A stretch of 64,000 nucleotides of DNA from an uncultured delta proteobacterium (GCA_963727445.1 CAVSGI010000010.1:1312001-1376000); one strand, 5' to 3'. Counted from the stretch's first letter, positions 9,635 through 19,208 are shown. Notes: generated from the sequence alone by a model not told the origin. Made by a program: numbers and translations.

Positions 9635-11383
9635 ATGGATGGCAGGGTGATCCTCAAAACGGTCTCGGTTCTCGTCGCTGCGACCCTCGTCTTCGGCTGT
9701 ATGACCTCGGAGCCGGAGGCCCCGGCCCTCGAGAGCCTGAGCGGGATGCGCGATGCCGCCGACGCTGCGGAGCGAACCTGGGGGGTCCCCGCCGACCTCA
9801 CCCTCGCGGTCGCCTACGGGGAGACACGCTGGCGGGTCCCGGAAGAGGAGTCGTTCGAGGGTGAAGGCGAAGGGCACGCGCCGCGCGCCGTCGGCGTGGG
9901 CGGCCTGCGTCCCTGGCTCGTCGACGACCAGGTGGCGACCGCGGTGCGGATCACTGGCCTGTCGCGCGACGTGATCGCGACCGACGCGACCGCGGGCGTC
10001 CTCGCGACCGCCGCCGTCCTCCGCGACCTCGCCGTCCGCCGCTACGGCGACGACCTGCCGCCGGCCGAGGAGCCGGGCCAGTGGGTGGACGTCGTCGGCG
10101 ACTATTCCGGGCTCGAAGGCCCAGAGGCGCAATACGGCTACGCGCGCGACGTGATGTCGTGGCTCGAGAACGGGATCGCGACGATCGGCGCGGACGGGCA
10201 GCTCGTCACCGTCGCGCCGCGCACCGTCGCGCTGCCGGACAGCGTCGGCGGCCGCCAGGCCTACGCAGGCTCCGACTATTCGGGCGCGCGTTGGGTCGCG
10301 GCCAACTCGAGCAACTACACCTCCGGCCGCGGCGGCAACTCCATCCGTTACATCGTGATCCACACCATGCAGGGCTCCTATTCGGGCTCGATCAGCTGGT
10401 TCCAGAACGGCGCCGCCAACGTCTCGGCGCACTACTGCGTGCGGTCGTCGGACGGCCAGATCACCCAGATGGTTCACGACCGCGACACCGCCTGGCACGC
10501 CGGCAACTGGACCTACAACCAGCGGAGCATCGGCATCGAGCACGAGGGATACGTCTCCGATCCCGGCCGTTGGTACACGGAAGAGATGTACCGCGCGAGC
10601 GCGGCGCTGACGCGCCACATCGCCGACCGCTACGGCGTGCCCATCGACCGCAGCCACATCATCGGCCACGTCGAGGTGCCGGGCGCGACCCACACCGACC
10701 CGGGCAGCGGCTGGGATTGGCCGCACTACATGGCGCTGGTGCGCGGTGAGCCCGAGCGTCCCAACTTCGACGCCGAGTACGTCGACATGGACGTCCCGGC
10801 GGAGATGACCAGCGGCGAGCGCGCGGTCGCCTGGGTGGAGATGCGCAACACCGGCAGCCACACGTGGAGCCTGTCGAATACCTGGCTCGGGACCACGATG
10901 CCCCGGGACCACGCGAGCCCCTTCTTCGACGTGGAGAACTGGGAAAACGACCACCGCGCCACGGCGCCGGATCACAGCGACTACGGCACGGGGGCGACCG
11001 GGCGCTTCACCTTCATGATCACCGCGCCGGAGGTCACCGAGGACACCGTCATCACCGACACCTTCGGGCTGGTACAGGAGGGTGTGACCTGGTTCGGGCC
11101 GCGGGACGTGACGCTCTCGGTCACGGTGCATCCCGCCGCGCCGCCGCCGCCGCCCGCCACGGACCCGGACGCGGGGACGGATCTTCCTCCGCCGCCGCCC
11201 ACCGAAGACAGCAGCACCCCGCCGCCGACCCCCGACGCCACCCCCGTCGTCCCGACCGACCCTGCTGCCGGAAGCGGCGGCATCAGTGGTGGTTGCGCGG
11301 CCACCGGCTCACCCCTGCCCGCGAGCTGGGCATGGCTCGCCGCCATCCTCTCGCTCGGCGTCGTCCGGCGCCGTCGGCGCTGA
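9635..11383 (+). CDS. N-acetylmuramoyl-L-alanine amidase (Amidase_2) with Ig-like domain and MYXO-CTERM-like tail
   Basis: IVIHT, SAHY, AWHAG, SIGIEHEG, GH..VPGATHTDPG; N-terminal LVFGC; C-terminal GGC + hydrophobic helix + RRRRR. Start could instead be GTG 9647. Confidence 0.9.
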   Translation: MDGRVILKTVSVLVAATLVFGCMTSEPEAPALESLSGMRDAADAAERTWGVPADLTLAVAYGETRWRVPEEESFEGEGEGHAPRAVGVGGLRPWLVDDQVATAVRITGLSRDVIATDATAGVLATAAVLRDLAVRRYGDDLPPAEEPGQWVDVVGDYSGLEGPEAQYGYARDVMSWLENGIATIGADGQLVTVAPRTVALPDSVGGRQAYAGSDYSGARWVAANSSNYTSGRGGNSIRYIVIHTMQGSYSGSISWFQNGAANVSAHYCVRSSDGQITQMVHDRDTAWHAGNWTYNQRSIGIEHEGYVSDPGRWYTEEMYRASAALTRHIADRYGVPIDRSHIIGHVEVPGATHTDPGSGWDWPHYMALVRGEPERPNFDAEYVDMDVPAEMTSGERAVAWVEMRNTGSHTWSLSNTWLGTTMPRDHASPFFDVENWENDHRATAPDHSDYGTGATGRFTFMITAPEVTEDTVITDTFGLVQEGVTWFGPRDVTLSVTVHPAAPPPPPATDPDAGTDLPPPPPTEDSSTPPPTPDATPVVPTDPAAGSGGISGGCAATGSPLPASWAWLAAILSLGVVRRRRR

Positions 11384-11399
11384 GCGCGAGCGCAGCCGT

Positions 11400-11897
11400 T
11401 CAGGCCAGGTCGGCGCGAAGCTGCTCGACGAGCGAGCGCACGAAGCGGTGCACCGACGCCTCGGCGATGCGGTGTCCCGCCAGCGCGTCGACCACGTCGC
11501 CGAGCACGCCCATGGGCGGATCGTATTCGCCGACGAGCTCTACCTCCGTCTCGGTGTGTGAGAGAGGGTAGATCCGGAGGTCGGCGTGCATCGCCGGAAA
11601 GAGGTTCGCCGCGCTCGACGCTTTCCACTCGAGCTTCACGTGCGTCACGCGGGACAGATTGCTGCCCGTCGTGGGAGGGACCTCCTCGATGGAGTGGATG
11701 GTGATGTCGACGTTCTTCCGGATCTCGAGGCCGGCGATGTCGACGCTCAGCGCGCCGGCGATCGTCTCGCTTCGCTCCTGCGCGGCATGCGTCGCCCGTT
11801 CGAAGATGGACTTGGCATCCTTCTCGATGGCGTCCCTGACAGGCTCATACGGCTGGTTGACGTAGTCGTAGGCCCGGACCGTTCGCGAATCAGTCAT
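11400..11897 (-). CDS. Hypothetical protein (possible SRPBCC/START-like fold)
   Basis: Coding-like composition, GGAG RBS; C-terminal GEYDPPMGVLGDVVDALAGHRIAEAS helix pattern. Confidence 0.7.
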   Translation of the reverse strand: MTDSRTVRAYDYVNQPYEPVRDAIEKDAKSIFERATHAAQERSETIAGALSVDIAGLEIRKNVDITIHSIEEVPPTTGSNLSRVTHVKLEWKASSAANLFPAMHADLRIYPLSHTETEVELVGEYDPPMGVLGDVVDALAGHRIAEASVHRFVRSLVEQLRADLA

Positions 11898-11995
11898 CGT
11901 CTCCCACGTACTCCCCCACGGCCCGGGCCGCAAGGGGGCTGGGGGGATCAGCTCCGGGCGTCGTCGAAGCGGGTCCGAGCGTCGTCGCAGAGCGC

Positions 11996-12958
11996 TCAAT
12001 CGCTGTCGCAGATGTCGCTGGGGCAGCCCGAGTCGACAATGCAGGCCGAGAAGGCGTCCTCCACCGTGACGTCATCGAAGCCGCGGTCGAACATGCAGTC
12101 GGGGAGGTACTCCTGGCAGATGTAGGAGCACTGGTCCGAGATGTCGAGGCCGAGGACCTCGAGGGGCGTGCGGTCGGGATCCGAGAAGACCTCGGGCGGG
12201 CAGGACTCCTCGTTGACGCAGACGGCCCCGTCGGGCTCGTCGCCGCAGGCCTCCATGTACGTCACGTCCTCGGTCTCACCCAGGCACTCCTCGGTCTCGC
12301 TGACGCATCGGTCGAGGGTCCAGTGCTCCACCGGGGGCGGGTCGGTCGGCCCGGGGTCGGGTGGCAGGTCGGCGCGGGTCTCTTCGAAGCTGGCGCGCGC
12401 GTCGTCACAGAGCGCCGCGTCCTGGGTGCAGAGGTCGCTGGTGCAGCCCGACTCCTCGATGCAGGAGGCGACGGCCGCGTCGACGTCGTAGTCCCGGTCG
12501 TACGCCCAATCCGACATACAGCGCGGGAAGAAATCCGCGCAGACGTAGTGACACTGGTCCGTGATGTCGAGGCCGAGGATCTCGTGCGGAGTGCGGTCGG
12601 GATCGTGGAAGACCCAATCCGGACAGGCCGTCGTGCTCACGCACATCGCGCCGTCGGGCTCGTCGCCGCACGCCTCGGCGTAGGCCACGTCCTCGATCTC
12701 ACCCATGCACTCCTCGGTCTCGGAGATGCAATCGGCGAGGAGCGCGCGCTCGCAGCACACCCGCTCCGCGAAGCGCCCGTTGGGCAGGCGGCAGCGCCCT
12801 CCGCTGTCGAAGGTGGCTCCCTCACACGCCGCTCCATCGGCTTTTCCGTCAACCGTGCTAGCCAGCTCGGCGCCCATCGGCGCGGTGCATCCCGCGGCCA
12901 GTACGCACGAAATCGTGCCAATTGCCCATGCGATCTTGTCGAGAGAGAGGTTGCCCAT
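11996..12958 (-). CDS. Cys-rich acidic lipoprotein with two ~100-aa tandem repeats
   Basis: Lipobox LAAGC, DGKADG motif, two repeats with 11 aligned Cys each. Confidence 0.82.
   Translation of the reverse strand: MGNLSLDKIAWAIGTISCVLAAGCTAPMGAELASTVDGKADGAACEGATFDSGGRCRLPNGRFAERVCCERALLADCISETEECMGEIEDVAYAEACGDEPDGAMCVSTTACPDWVFHDPDRTPHEILGLDITDQCHYVCADFFPRCMSDWAYDRDYDVDAAVASCIEESGCTSDLCTQDAALCDDARASFEETRADLPPDPGPTDPPPVEHWTLDRCVSETEECLGETEDVTYMEACGDEPDGAVCVNEESCPPEVFSDPDRTPLEVLGLDISDQCSYICQEYLPDCMFDRGFDDVTVEDAFSACIVDSGCPSDICDSD
12008..12730 (-). repeat. Intragenic duplication: units 12428..12730 and 12008..12307
   Basis: CxSETEECxGExEDVxYxEACGDEPDGAxCV...DPDRTPxExLGLDIxDQC...CxxxSGCxSDxC occurs in both units. 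Confidence 0.9.
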
Positions 12959-12996
12959 CCGCCGGCTCCTGAGAGGTTCGCCAGCGGGTCAGCAAG

Positions 12997-14151
12997 TCAC
13001 GTGCCGTCGAAGAGGCGGGCCAGGCGCAGGAGCTGGGCGACCGAGGTCACCTCCTCTTCGAGCTCTGGCAGGATCACCCGCATCGGCGAGGCGAGGAGCC
13101 CGCGCGCCAGCTCCTCCGAGGCGTGCTTCGCGAGCCCATGACGCGCGTGGAGGCGACGCCGGAGCGCTTCGAGCGCCTCGAGGAGCGCGCGCACCTCCTC
13201 CGGCGCGTCCTCGTGGTAGAGCCGCGCGCAGCGCGCCTCGGCCGACTCGTGCACCGGATCGACCGGGCGCACCTCGCCGAGCGCGGTCTCCGGCTCGGGC
13301 ACGAAGCTTCGGTTCAGCACCACCGCGTCGGGCGCCACGCCACGCTCGACCAGCCCGTCACGCATGAAGCGCGCATCGTCGAGGTGCATCGGATCGGGCG
13401 ACGCGACCAACACGAAGGAGGTGTCCCCATGCCTCATCAGCTCCGTCACCGCGGTCGCGCGATGGGTGAAGCCCTCGCGCATGGAGGCGAAGAGCCGGAA
13501 GAAGATCACCATCTCCTCGACCAGCTCGCGGCTGGCGACAGCGCCGAGGATCCGCAAGGCCGCCGAGGACGCGCCGCCCAGCGACGCGGCCTCGTCGAGC
13601 GTCGACTCCTCCGGGACGCGGCCCACGAACCAGCGCACCACCCCATCGTCGAGGAAACGCACCAGACGCGAGGGCGCGTCCAGGATGTCCAGCGCGCTCC
13701 GCAGCGGCGGCGTGTCCAGCACGACCAGATCGAAATCGCCGCTCTCCATCACCGTGTGGAGCCGCTCCATGGCGACGTAGGCGTGCGAGCGCGCGAGCGT
13801 GCGCGAAAAGGCGCGGTACACGGGATTGTCGAGGATGCGGTCCCGCGCCTCCTCGCTCGGCGCGATGCGCGAGATGAGCGCGTCGTAGCTGGCGCGCGTG
13901 TCCAGCATGGCCGCAGAGAGGCGACCGCCCCGATCGCCGGGGACGCGCACCGGCCGGAGCTCGTCGTCGAGGCCATCGAGGCCGAGCGCCGTGGCGAGAC
14001 GCCGCGCTGGATCGATCGTCAGCACCGCCGCGCGCCGGCCGCGCCGCGCCGCATCTGCAGCCACCGACGCCGCGAGGGTGGTCTTGCCGACGCCGCCCGG
14101 GCCGACGAAGACCAGGAGCCTTCGCTTCATCAACGTGTCGAGGTGGCTCAT
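12997..14151 (-). CDS. ArsA/Get3-family ATPase (Rv3680/BagB-like subunit)
   Basis: GPGGVGKTT, TIDPARRLA, YVAMERL, DLVVLDTPP; ATGA overlap with the upstream ATPase. Confidence 0.9.
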   Translation of the reverse strand: MSHLDTLMKRRLLVFVGPGGVGKTTLAASVAADAARRGRRAAVLTIDPARRLATALGLDGLDDELRPVRVPGDRGGRLSAAMLDTRASYDALISRIAPSEEARDRILDNPVYRAFSRTLARSHAYVAMERLHTVMESGDFDLVVLDTPPLRSALDILDAPSRLVRFLDDGVVRWFVGRVPEESTLDEAASLGGASSAALRILGAVASRELVEEMVIFFRLFASMREGFTHRATAVTELMRHGDTSFVLVASPDPMHLDDARFMRDGLVERGVAPDAVVLNRSFVPEPETALGEVRPVDPVHESAEARCARLYHEDAPEEVRALLEALEALRRRLHARHGLAKHASEELARGLLASPMRVILPELEEEVTSVAQLLRLARLFDGT

Positions 14152-15080
14152 GGCGAGGCCCCCGGCACCTGAGAGGGGCGCGCGCCCGCGGCCCGTGCGC
14201 CCAGCACCAGCAGCGACTCCACGTCGACGGGAGGCGCGAGGGTGGGCAGGGTCACGACGGGCGCGGGGAGCGCCCTCAGCCGATCCACCAGCGCCATCGC
14301 CCGGACGCGCTCGGCCTCGGCGCGGGCGAGGAGCGAGAGGTCCGCGTCGATGCCGGGATCGTGCAGCGCGGCGAGCATCTCGCGCGCCGGCGCGAGGCGC
14401 GGAGCCAGGGGGTCCGCGGGGATGCGATTGACGAAGATGCTCCCGAGGGCGATGGGATGCTCGCGCGAGAGGATGCGGCAGAGCGTCTCGGTCTCCTCCA
14501 CCGGGAGCTCCTTGGGGAGCGTGACCAGATGAATGGCGGTCTGCTCCGGATCCTCGAGGGTGGCCGAGAAGGTCTCGAGGAGCCTGCGCAGCGGACCCTT
14601 GCCCAAGAGGCCGTCGAGCACGCGCGGCAGCTCGAGGAACATCAAGGCGTGGCCGGTCGCGTCGAGGTCGACGAGGATCGGATCCCACACGGGCTCCCCG
14701 CCCTTCGACTCGTCGAGGAGCGTGGAGAGATAGTGATAAGTGGCGACCTCCGCGACCGCCGGCGCCGCCCGCAGAAACCCGGAGAGCGCACGTCCCCCGA
14801 CCACGGCACGCGCCAGCGCCTTCACCTTCAGGTGCGTCGCGGCGTACCCCAGGATCGCCTCGTCGACGTCGACGCTGAGCGCATGCACACCGTGTCCGAC
14901 GTCCGTGGGCGCGTGGCCGACCTCCGTGCCGCGCAGCACCGACTGAATGGAAGAGCGGTGACCGAGCTCGACCACCAGCGGGCGCCGCCCACTTCGCGCC
15001 GCATGCACCGCCAGCGCAGCCGCGAGGGTGGTCTTCCCCACGCCGCCTTTGCCCGTCAGCAGCTCCAGACGCGGACGCAT
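14148..15080 (-). CDS. ArsA/Get3-family ATPase (Rv3679/BagA-like subunit)
   Basis: TGKGGVGKTT with signature Lys, DLDATGH, VTLPKELPVEET. Confidence 0.9.
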   Translation of the reverse strand: MRPRLELLTGKGGVGKTTLAAALAVHAARSGRRPLVVELGHRSSIQSVLRGTEVGHAPTDVGHGVHALSVDVDEAILGYAATHLKVKALARAVVGGRALSGFLRAAPAVAEVATYHYLSTLLDESKGGEPVWDPILVDLDATGHALMFLELPRVLDGLLGKGPLRRLLETFSATLEDPEQTAIHLVTLPKELPVEETETLCRILSREHPIALGSIFVNRIPADPLAPRLAPAREMLAALHDPGIDADLSLLARAEAERVRAMALVDRLRALPAPVVTLPTLAPPVDVESLLVLGARAAGARPSQVPGASP

Positions 15081-15123
15081 CGGGGGGGAGCCTAGCAGGC
15101 TGCCGGAAAAGCACCGCGAGGGA

Positions 15124-16317
15124 TCATTCGAAGGTGACGAAGGCGTCGGTCATCGACAGCTGCTGGGCGTTCATCCAGTACGCGCCGCGTGCCACCGTCG
15201 AGATGCGCACCTCGTCCACGTCCCCCTCGAAGTACGGAGTCTCCGCGTCGGGCCGCCATGCGTGACGCGCGATGCGCGCCGGATTGGAGTTGGTCTCCGG
15301 AGCCCCCGAGACGGCGTCGTTCCGGGAGCTCATGCGTCCGTCGACCCAGGCACGGAGCGCGCTCCCCTGGTAGCTCGCACCGAGGTGAATCCAGACGCTG
15401 GCCTCGAGGGTTCCGAACGAGGTGCTCTGCCAGTCTGGCGCTTTCGAGCTCGCCGCACCGCGAAACGCGTCCACCGTGTGATCCCAGGTGAGCTGGTAGT
15501 TCTGCTCCCGCATCAGGGGCCCGCTGATGCGCGTCGACTGTGGGACGTCCGCCGCACGCGCCCACGCGGTGACGGTGAAGGAGTCGAGCTGATGCGTGCA
15601 GTTGGTGTCGAGATAGTCGTCGACGCCGTCGAAGTGGCGCGCCCCCGCGATGGGACCGTCGAGCGGGACGCTGTCGCCGAACGCCGAGAGCGGGCCGTGA
15701 CCACCGGTCGAGTCTGGGAAGCTGGATCCCTCGAGGTGATAGACCGCGTGATAGGCGTTCGCCCAGACAGCCGCCGGACGCTGGGCGTCGCCGGCCGCTG
15801 GATTGCCGTAGTAGAGCCAGATGTGGTCGTCTGTGGACTCGGCGTCGATCTGCGTCACGTACACCCAGACGAAGCTTCGCCCGCCACGAACGAAGCGCTC
15901 GATCTCGTATGGGAGCTCGGTGGCGTGGTCATCGTCGACGAAGCGAAGGTCCTCGCCGGATGCCTGCATGGCGTCGTAATCCACTCTGGTGTCGGTCATC
16001 GCCACCAGAACGGGAAAGCCCCGGAGCGGTGACGACTGAGCGGAGTTGTCGAAGACGAGTCGCTGACGACGGGTGAACGCCGGATCCCACCAGTCGTCCG
16101 GCAGGTCCGCGTCACCCGACGCATCGCTGGCGGCCTCCGTGTCGGCAGGCGCGTCTGGCATGGCGGCGGCGTCCCCATCGACACGTGCATCGGTCATTGC
16201 CGCTTCGCTGGCGCCATCCAGCGCGGCATCGCCGCTCGCGAACGGCAGGGCGGCTGTCTCGACCGAACAACCGGCGAGCGGCGCGAGCGCCAGTGCGACC
16301 CAGACCACGAACCCCAC
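15124..16317 (-). CDS. DUF2341 + LamG-like jellyroll lipoprotein
   Basis: Lipobox LAGC; WWDPAF.RR, GFPVLV, GEDLRFVD, LPYEIE, IWLYYGNP, FDGVDDY, FEGDVDEVRIS. Confidence 0.85.
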   Translation of the reverse strand: MGFVVWVALALAPLAGCSVETAALPFASGDAALDGASEAAMTDARVDGDAAAMPDAPADTEAASDASGDADLPDDWWDPAFTRRQRLVFDNSAQSSPLRGFPVLVAMTDTRVDYDAMQASGEDLRFVDDDHATELPYEIERFVRGGRSFVWVYVTQIDAESTDDHIWLYYGNPAAGDAQRPAAVWANAYHAVYHLEGSSFPDSTGGHGPLSAFGDSVPLDGPIAGARHFDGVDDYLDTNCTHQLDSFTVTAWARAADVPQSTRISGPLMREQNYQLTWDHTVDAFRGAASSKAPDWQSTSFGTLEASVWIHLGASYQGSALRAWVDGRMSSRNDAVSGAPETNSNPARIARHAWRPDAETPYFEGDVDEVRISTVARGAYWMNAQQLSMTDAFVTFE

Positions 16318-16394
16318 GCTCGATCCTACCCCGAATCGACGGCACGCGCCGAAGGGACGCGCCCCATCGCGCCTTCATGGGGTAGCTTCCGGCG

Positions 16395-17303
16395 GTGCTC
16401 CGCGCCTGGCTCCAGGCCTCGCGACCGCTCGCGCAGGCCAACATCGCCGTCCCCCTGATCTTCGGTCAGGCGCTCGCGTACGCGATGACCGGGCACTTCA
16501 CCTGGACGATGGCGGCGGTGATCCACGTCATCGGAGTCCTCGATCAACTCTTCGTCGTCTACGCGAACGACGTCGCCGACGCGAAAGCCGACGCGAAGAA
16601 CGACAGCCCGACGCCCTTCTCGGGCGGCTCGCGGGTCGTGGCCGAAGGGAAGCTCTCGCGCGACGCCCTCGGCTTCGCCGCTCTCGGCACGGGTCTCGCG
16701 ATGCTGATCCTCTCGGTGGTGGCGGCGCTCTACTGGGACCGGCGCCACGCCCCCACCTTCGTGGCCCTGGGCTTCTTTCTGATGTGGGCCTACAGCTTCC
16801 GCCCGCTGAGGCTCAGCTACCGCGGCGAAGGCGAGGTGCTGCAGGGTCTCGGCATCGGCATCGTCCTGCCGGTCTTCGCGTACTACATGCAGGCAGGCGA
16901 TCTGTTGGACCTCCCCACCACCGCCCTCGGCGCGACCTTCCTCGTCGGCTACGGCGGCAACGTGACCACCGCCCTTCCCGACTTCCCCGCAGACGAGCGC
17001 GCCCACAAGCGCACCCTGGTCGTGCGCCTGGGCGAGCTGCCCGCGCGCTGGGTGAGCCTCGCGCTCCTCGCCACCGCGTGCTTCTTCCCCTTCGACACCG
17101 GGCCGCCGCTCCCGACGCTCGTCGCCATCCTGGTCGCGGCCCCGCCGCTCGCGCTCCTTCTCTCGAACATCCCGATCATCGGCCGGGCCGGCGCCAAAAA
17201 CCGCCCCGAGGTGATCCGCTTCGTCCTCGCGAACGGCGCCGCGATCAATCTCCTCCTCGCCGGATGGAGCGTCGCGGTGATCGAAGGAGCGCCGGGCCGA
17301 TGA
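16395..17303 (+). CDS. UbiA-family prenyltransferase, MenA-like (copy 1)
   Basis: ANDVAD..AD, FSGGSRV, PLRLSYRGEGE, D..ADERAHKRTLVVRLG; multiple TM helices. Confidence 0.88.
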   Translation: MLRAWLQASRPLAQANIAVPLIFGQALAYAMTGHFTWTMAAVIHVIGVLDQLFVVYANDVADAKADAKNDSPTPFSGGSRVVAEGKLSRDALGFAALGTGLAMLILSVVAALYWDRRHAPTFVALGFFLMWAYSFRPLRLSYRGEGEVLQGLGIGIVLPVFAYYMQAGDLLDLPTTALGATFLVGYGGNVTTALPDFPADERAHKRTLVVRLGELPARWVSLALLATACFFPFDTGPPLPTLVAILVAAPPLALLLSNIPIIGRAGAKNRPEVIRFVLANGAAINLLLAGWSVAVIEGAPGR

Positions 17304-17869
17304 GGCGAGCGCTCCTGCTGGTCGCGTCCCTCGCGATCGCGCTCGCCTCGCTTCCGCGCGCCCACGCCCTCGCGCAGAGCGGGAGCATTCACGAGGAGGT
17401 GCCGCCACCCTTCGGAGAGCTCCCGGTCGGCGGAGGCGCCGTCGTGTCCCGGGGTTGGTCGGTGGAGGCGTTCTGGATCGGCGTCGCCGCCGCGCTCGGC
17501 ACGCTGACCACCGGCATCCTCGCGGTCGCGACCGGCGATCCCGACGAGCGGCTCTCGAGCGGCTTCGGCATCGGCGCCATGGGCATCCTCGGCGCCCTCG
17601 GCCCGACGGTCGCCATCGGCGGCGCTTCGGCCCGCGGGCACCCCTACGTGCCCGGCGCACCCGGCGTTCGCATCGCGGGGTGGATCACCTTCTCTCTGTC
17701 CATCGCCGCAGGCGTCGGCCTGCTCGCCTCGGACATCGACGCCGACAGCGGACGGCGGGGGGCCTTCATGGCGCCGGTGGGCTTCGGCGCCGTGAGCCTC
17801 TTGCTCTTCGCCTTCGACGCGCTGGTGAGCGCGATCCAGGCCGACCTCGTGACCGGAGACTCACGGTAG
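17300..17869 (+). CDS. Hypothetical membrane protein
   Basis: ATGA overlap with the prenyltransferase; signal peptide MRRALLLVASLAIAL; about four Gly-rich hydrophobic segments. Confidence 0.7.
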   Translation: MRRALLLVASLAIALASLPRAHALAQSGSIHEEVPPPFGELPVGGGAVVSRGWSVEAFWIGVAAALGTLTTGILAVATGDPDERLSSGFGIGAMGILGALGPTVAIGGASARGHPYVPGAPGVRIAGWITFSLSIAAGVGLLASDIDADSGRRGAFMAPVGFGAVSLLLFAFDALVSAIQADLVTGDSR

Positions 17870-17880
17870 ACTCGGCCGCC

Positions 17881-19182
17881 ATGGAGATCATCGTCACCCA
17901 CGACGTGTCGGACTTCGACGCCTTCTCGTCGGCGGTGGCGGCCCAGAAGCTCCATCCGGAAGCGGAGATCGTCCTCGGACGCCGCCTCAGCCGCGGCGTC
18001 CGTGACTTCCTCGCGCTCCACAAGGATCGCTTCCGCTTCCGGCGGGACTCGGACGTCGACCTGAGCCAGGTCCACCACCTCATCGTCGTCGACGTGCGTC
18101 GCAAGAGTCGCCTCGACGCCTTCGCGCCGCTCCTCGCGCGCATCGAGGAGGGCGATGAGACCCTGCGCGTCACGGTCTGGGACCACCACGGGGCGAGCCC
18201 CGACGATCTGCCCGGCGATCGGGTCGTGGTCGACAAGGTCGGCTCGGCGACGACCCTCCTGATCGAGGAGATGCGCGCGCGGAGCATCGCGATCGAACCG
18301 GTCGAAGCCACGCTCTTCGCTCTCGGCATCCACACCGACACCGGGTCTCTGGTGCACGCCACCAGCACCGCCCGCGACGCACACGCCCTCGCGTGGCTGA
18401 TGGATCAGGGAGCCAGCCTCAGCGTGATGAACCGCTACCTCACCGAGCCCATGACGCGCGCGCAGCGCGACGTGCTCGCGTCGCTGCTCGCCACCGCCAC
18501 GACGGTGGAGATCGGGGGTCTGTCGGTGGCCTTCGCCACGGCCGAGACCGCCAAGGTGATCGATGGGGTCGACGTGGTGACGAGCGAGGCCCTCTCGCTC
18601 CTCGGTCCGCACGCCTTCTTCGGGCTCTTCGTCGCCAAGCGGAAGGTGCAGGTGGTGGCGCGCGCGCGGTCGGAGTGGGTGAACGTGGCGGCGGCGCTGC
18701 GCGGGTTGGGCGGCGGCGGACACGCGCCCGCGGCCGCGGCCAACGTGAAAGGGATGAGCGCCGCGGAGGTGCGCGCTGCGATCGAAAAGGCGCTCCGAGA
18801 GGATCCGCCTCGCCCGCGCCTCGTCTCCGACATCATGTCCAGCCCGGTGAGGACCGTACGACCCGACCTGCGCCTCGCAGAGCTCGCCGAGTCGCTGAGG
18901 GTCTGGCGTCACACCGGCGTTCCGGTGATGCGCGACGGGCGCCTCGCCGGGATCATCAGCCGCCGGGACGTCGAGAAGGCGGCGCAGGACGGTCGACTGC
19001 ATCTACCCGTCGCCAGCTGCATGTCGAGCGACGTTCGGAGCACAGCGCCCGAAGTACCCCTCGACGAAGCCCTCGAGCTCATGGAGAAACACGACGTGGG
19101 GCGCCTCCCGGTGATGCGCGACGCTCAGCTCGTCGGCATCATCACCCGCACCGACGTCCTACGCTTTCTCTACAGTCGCTAA
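17881..19182 (+). CDS. DHH/DHHA1 phosphoesterase with tandem CBS domains
   Basis: THxxxDFDAFSS, VWDHHG, IHTDTGSL, GGGGHAPAAAA, then two CBS repeats (IMSSPV..GIISRRD; CMSSDV..GIITRTD). Confidence 0.88.
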   Translation: MEIIVTHDVSDFDAFSSAVAAQKLHPEAEIVLGRRLSRGVRDFLALHKDRFRFRRDSDVDLSQVHHLIVVDVRRKSRLDAFAPLLARIEEGDETLRVTVWDHHGASPDDLPGDRVVVDKVGSATTLLIEEMRARSIAIEPVEATLFALGIHTDTGSLVHATSTARDAHALAWLMDQGASLSVMNRYLTEPMTRAQRDVLASLLATATTVEIGGLSVAFATAETAKVIDGVDVVTSEALSLLGPHAFFGLFVAKRKVQVVARARSEWVNVAAALRGLGGGGHAPAAAANVKGMSAAEVRAAIEKALREDPPRPRLVSDIMSSPVRTVRPDLRLAELAESLRVWRHTGVPVMRDGRLAGIISRRDVEKAAQDGRLHLPVASCMSSDVRSTAPEVPLDEALELMEKHDVGRLPVMRDAQLVGIITRTDVLRFLYSR

Positions 19183-19208
19183 TTTAGTGCCTGGTCTAGC
19201 ACCCAGAA

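Noticed and set aside
12997..15080. Arsenic resistance operon
   Set aside because: No arsR, arsB/acr3, arsC or arsD; motifs fit the BagA/BagB-like pair better
12997..15114. 705-aa ORF suggesting a fused two-domain ArsA
   Set aside because: The N-terminal half is an off-frame read of the upstream ATPase; the real genes are ATGA-coupled at 14148-14151
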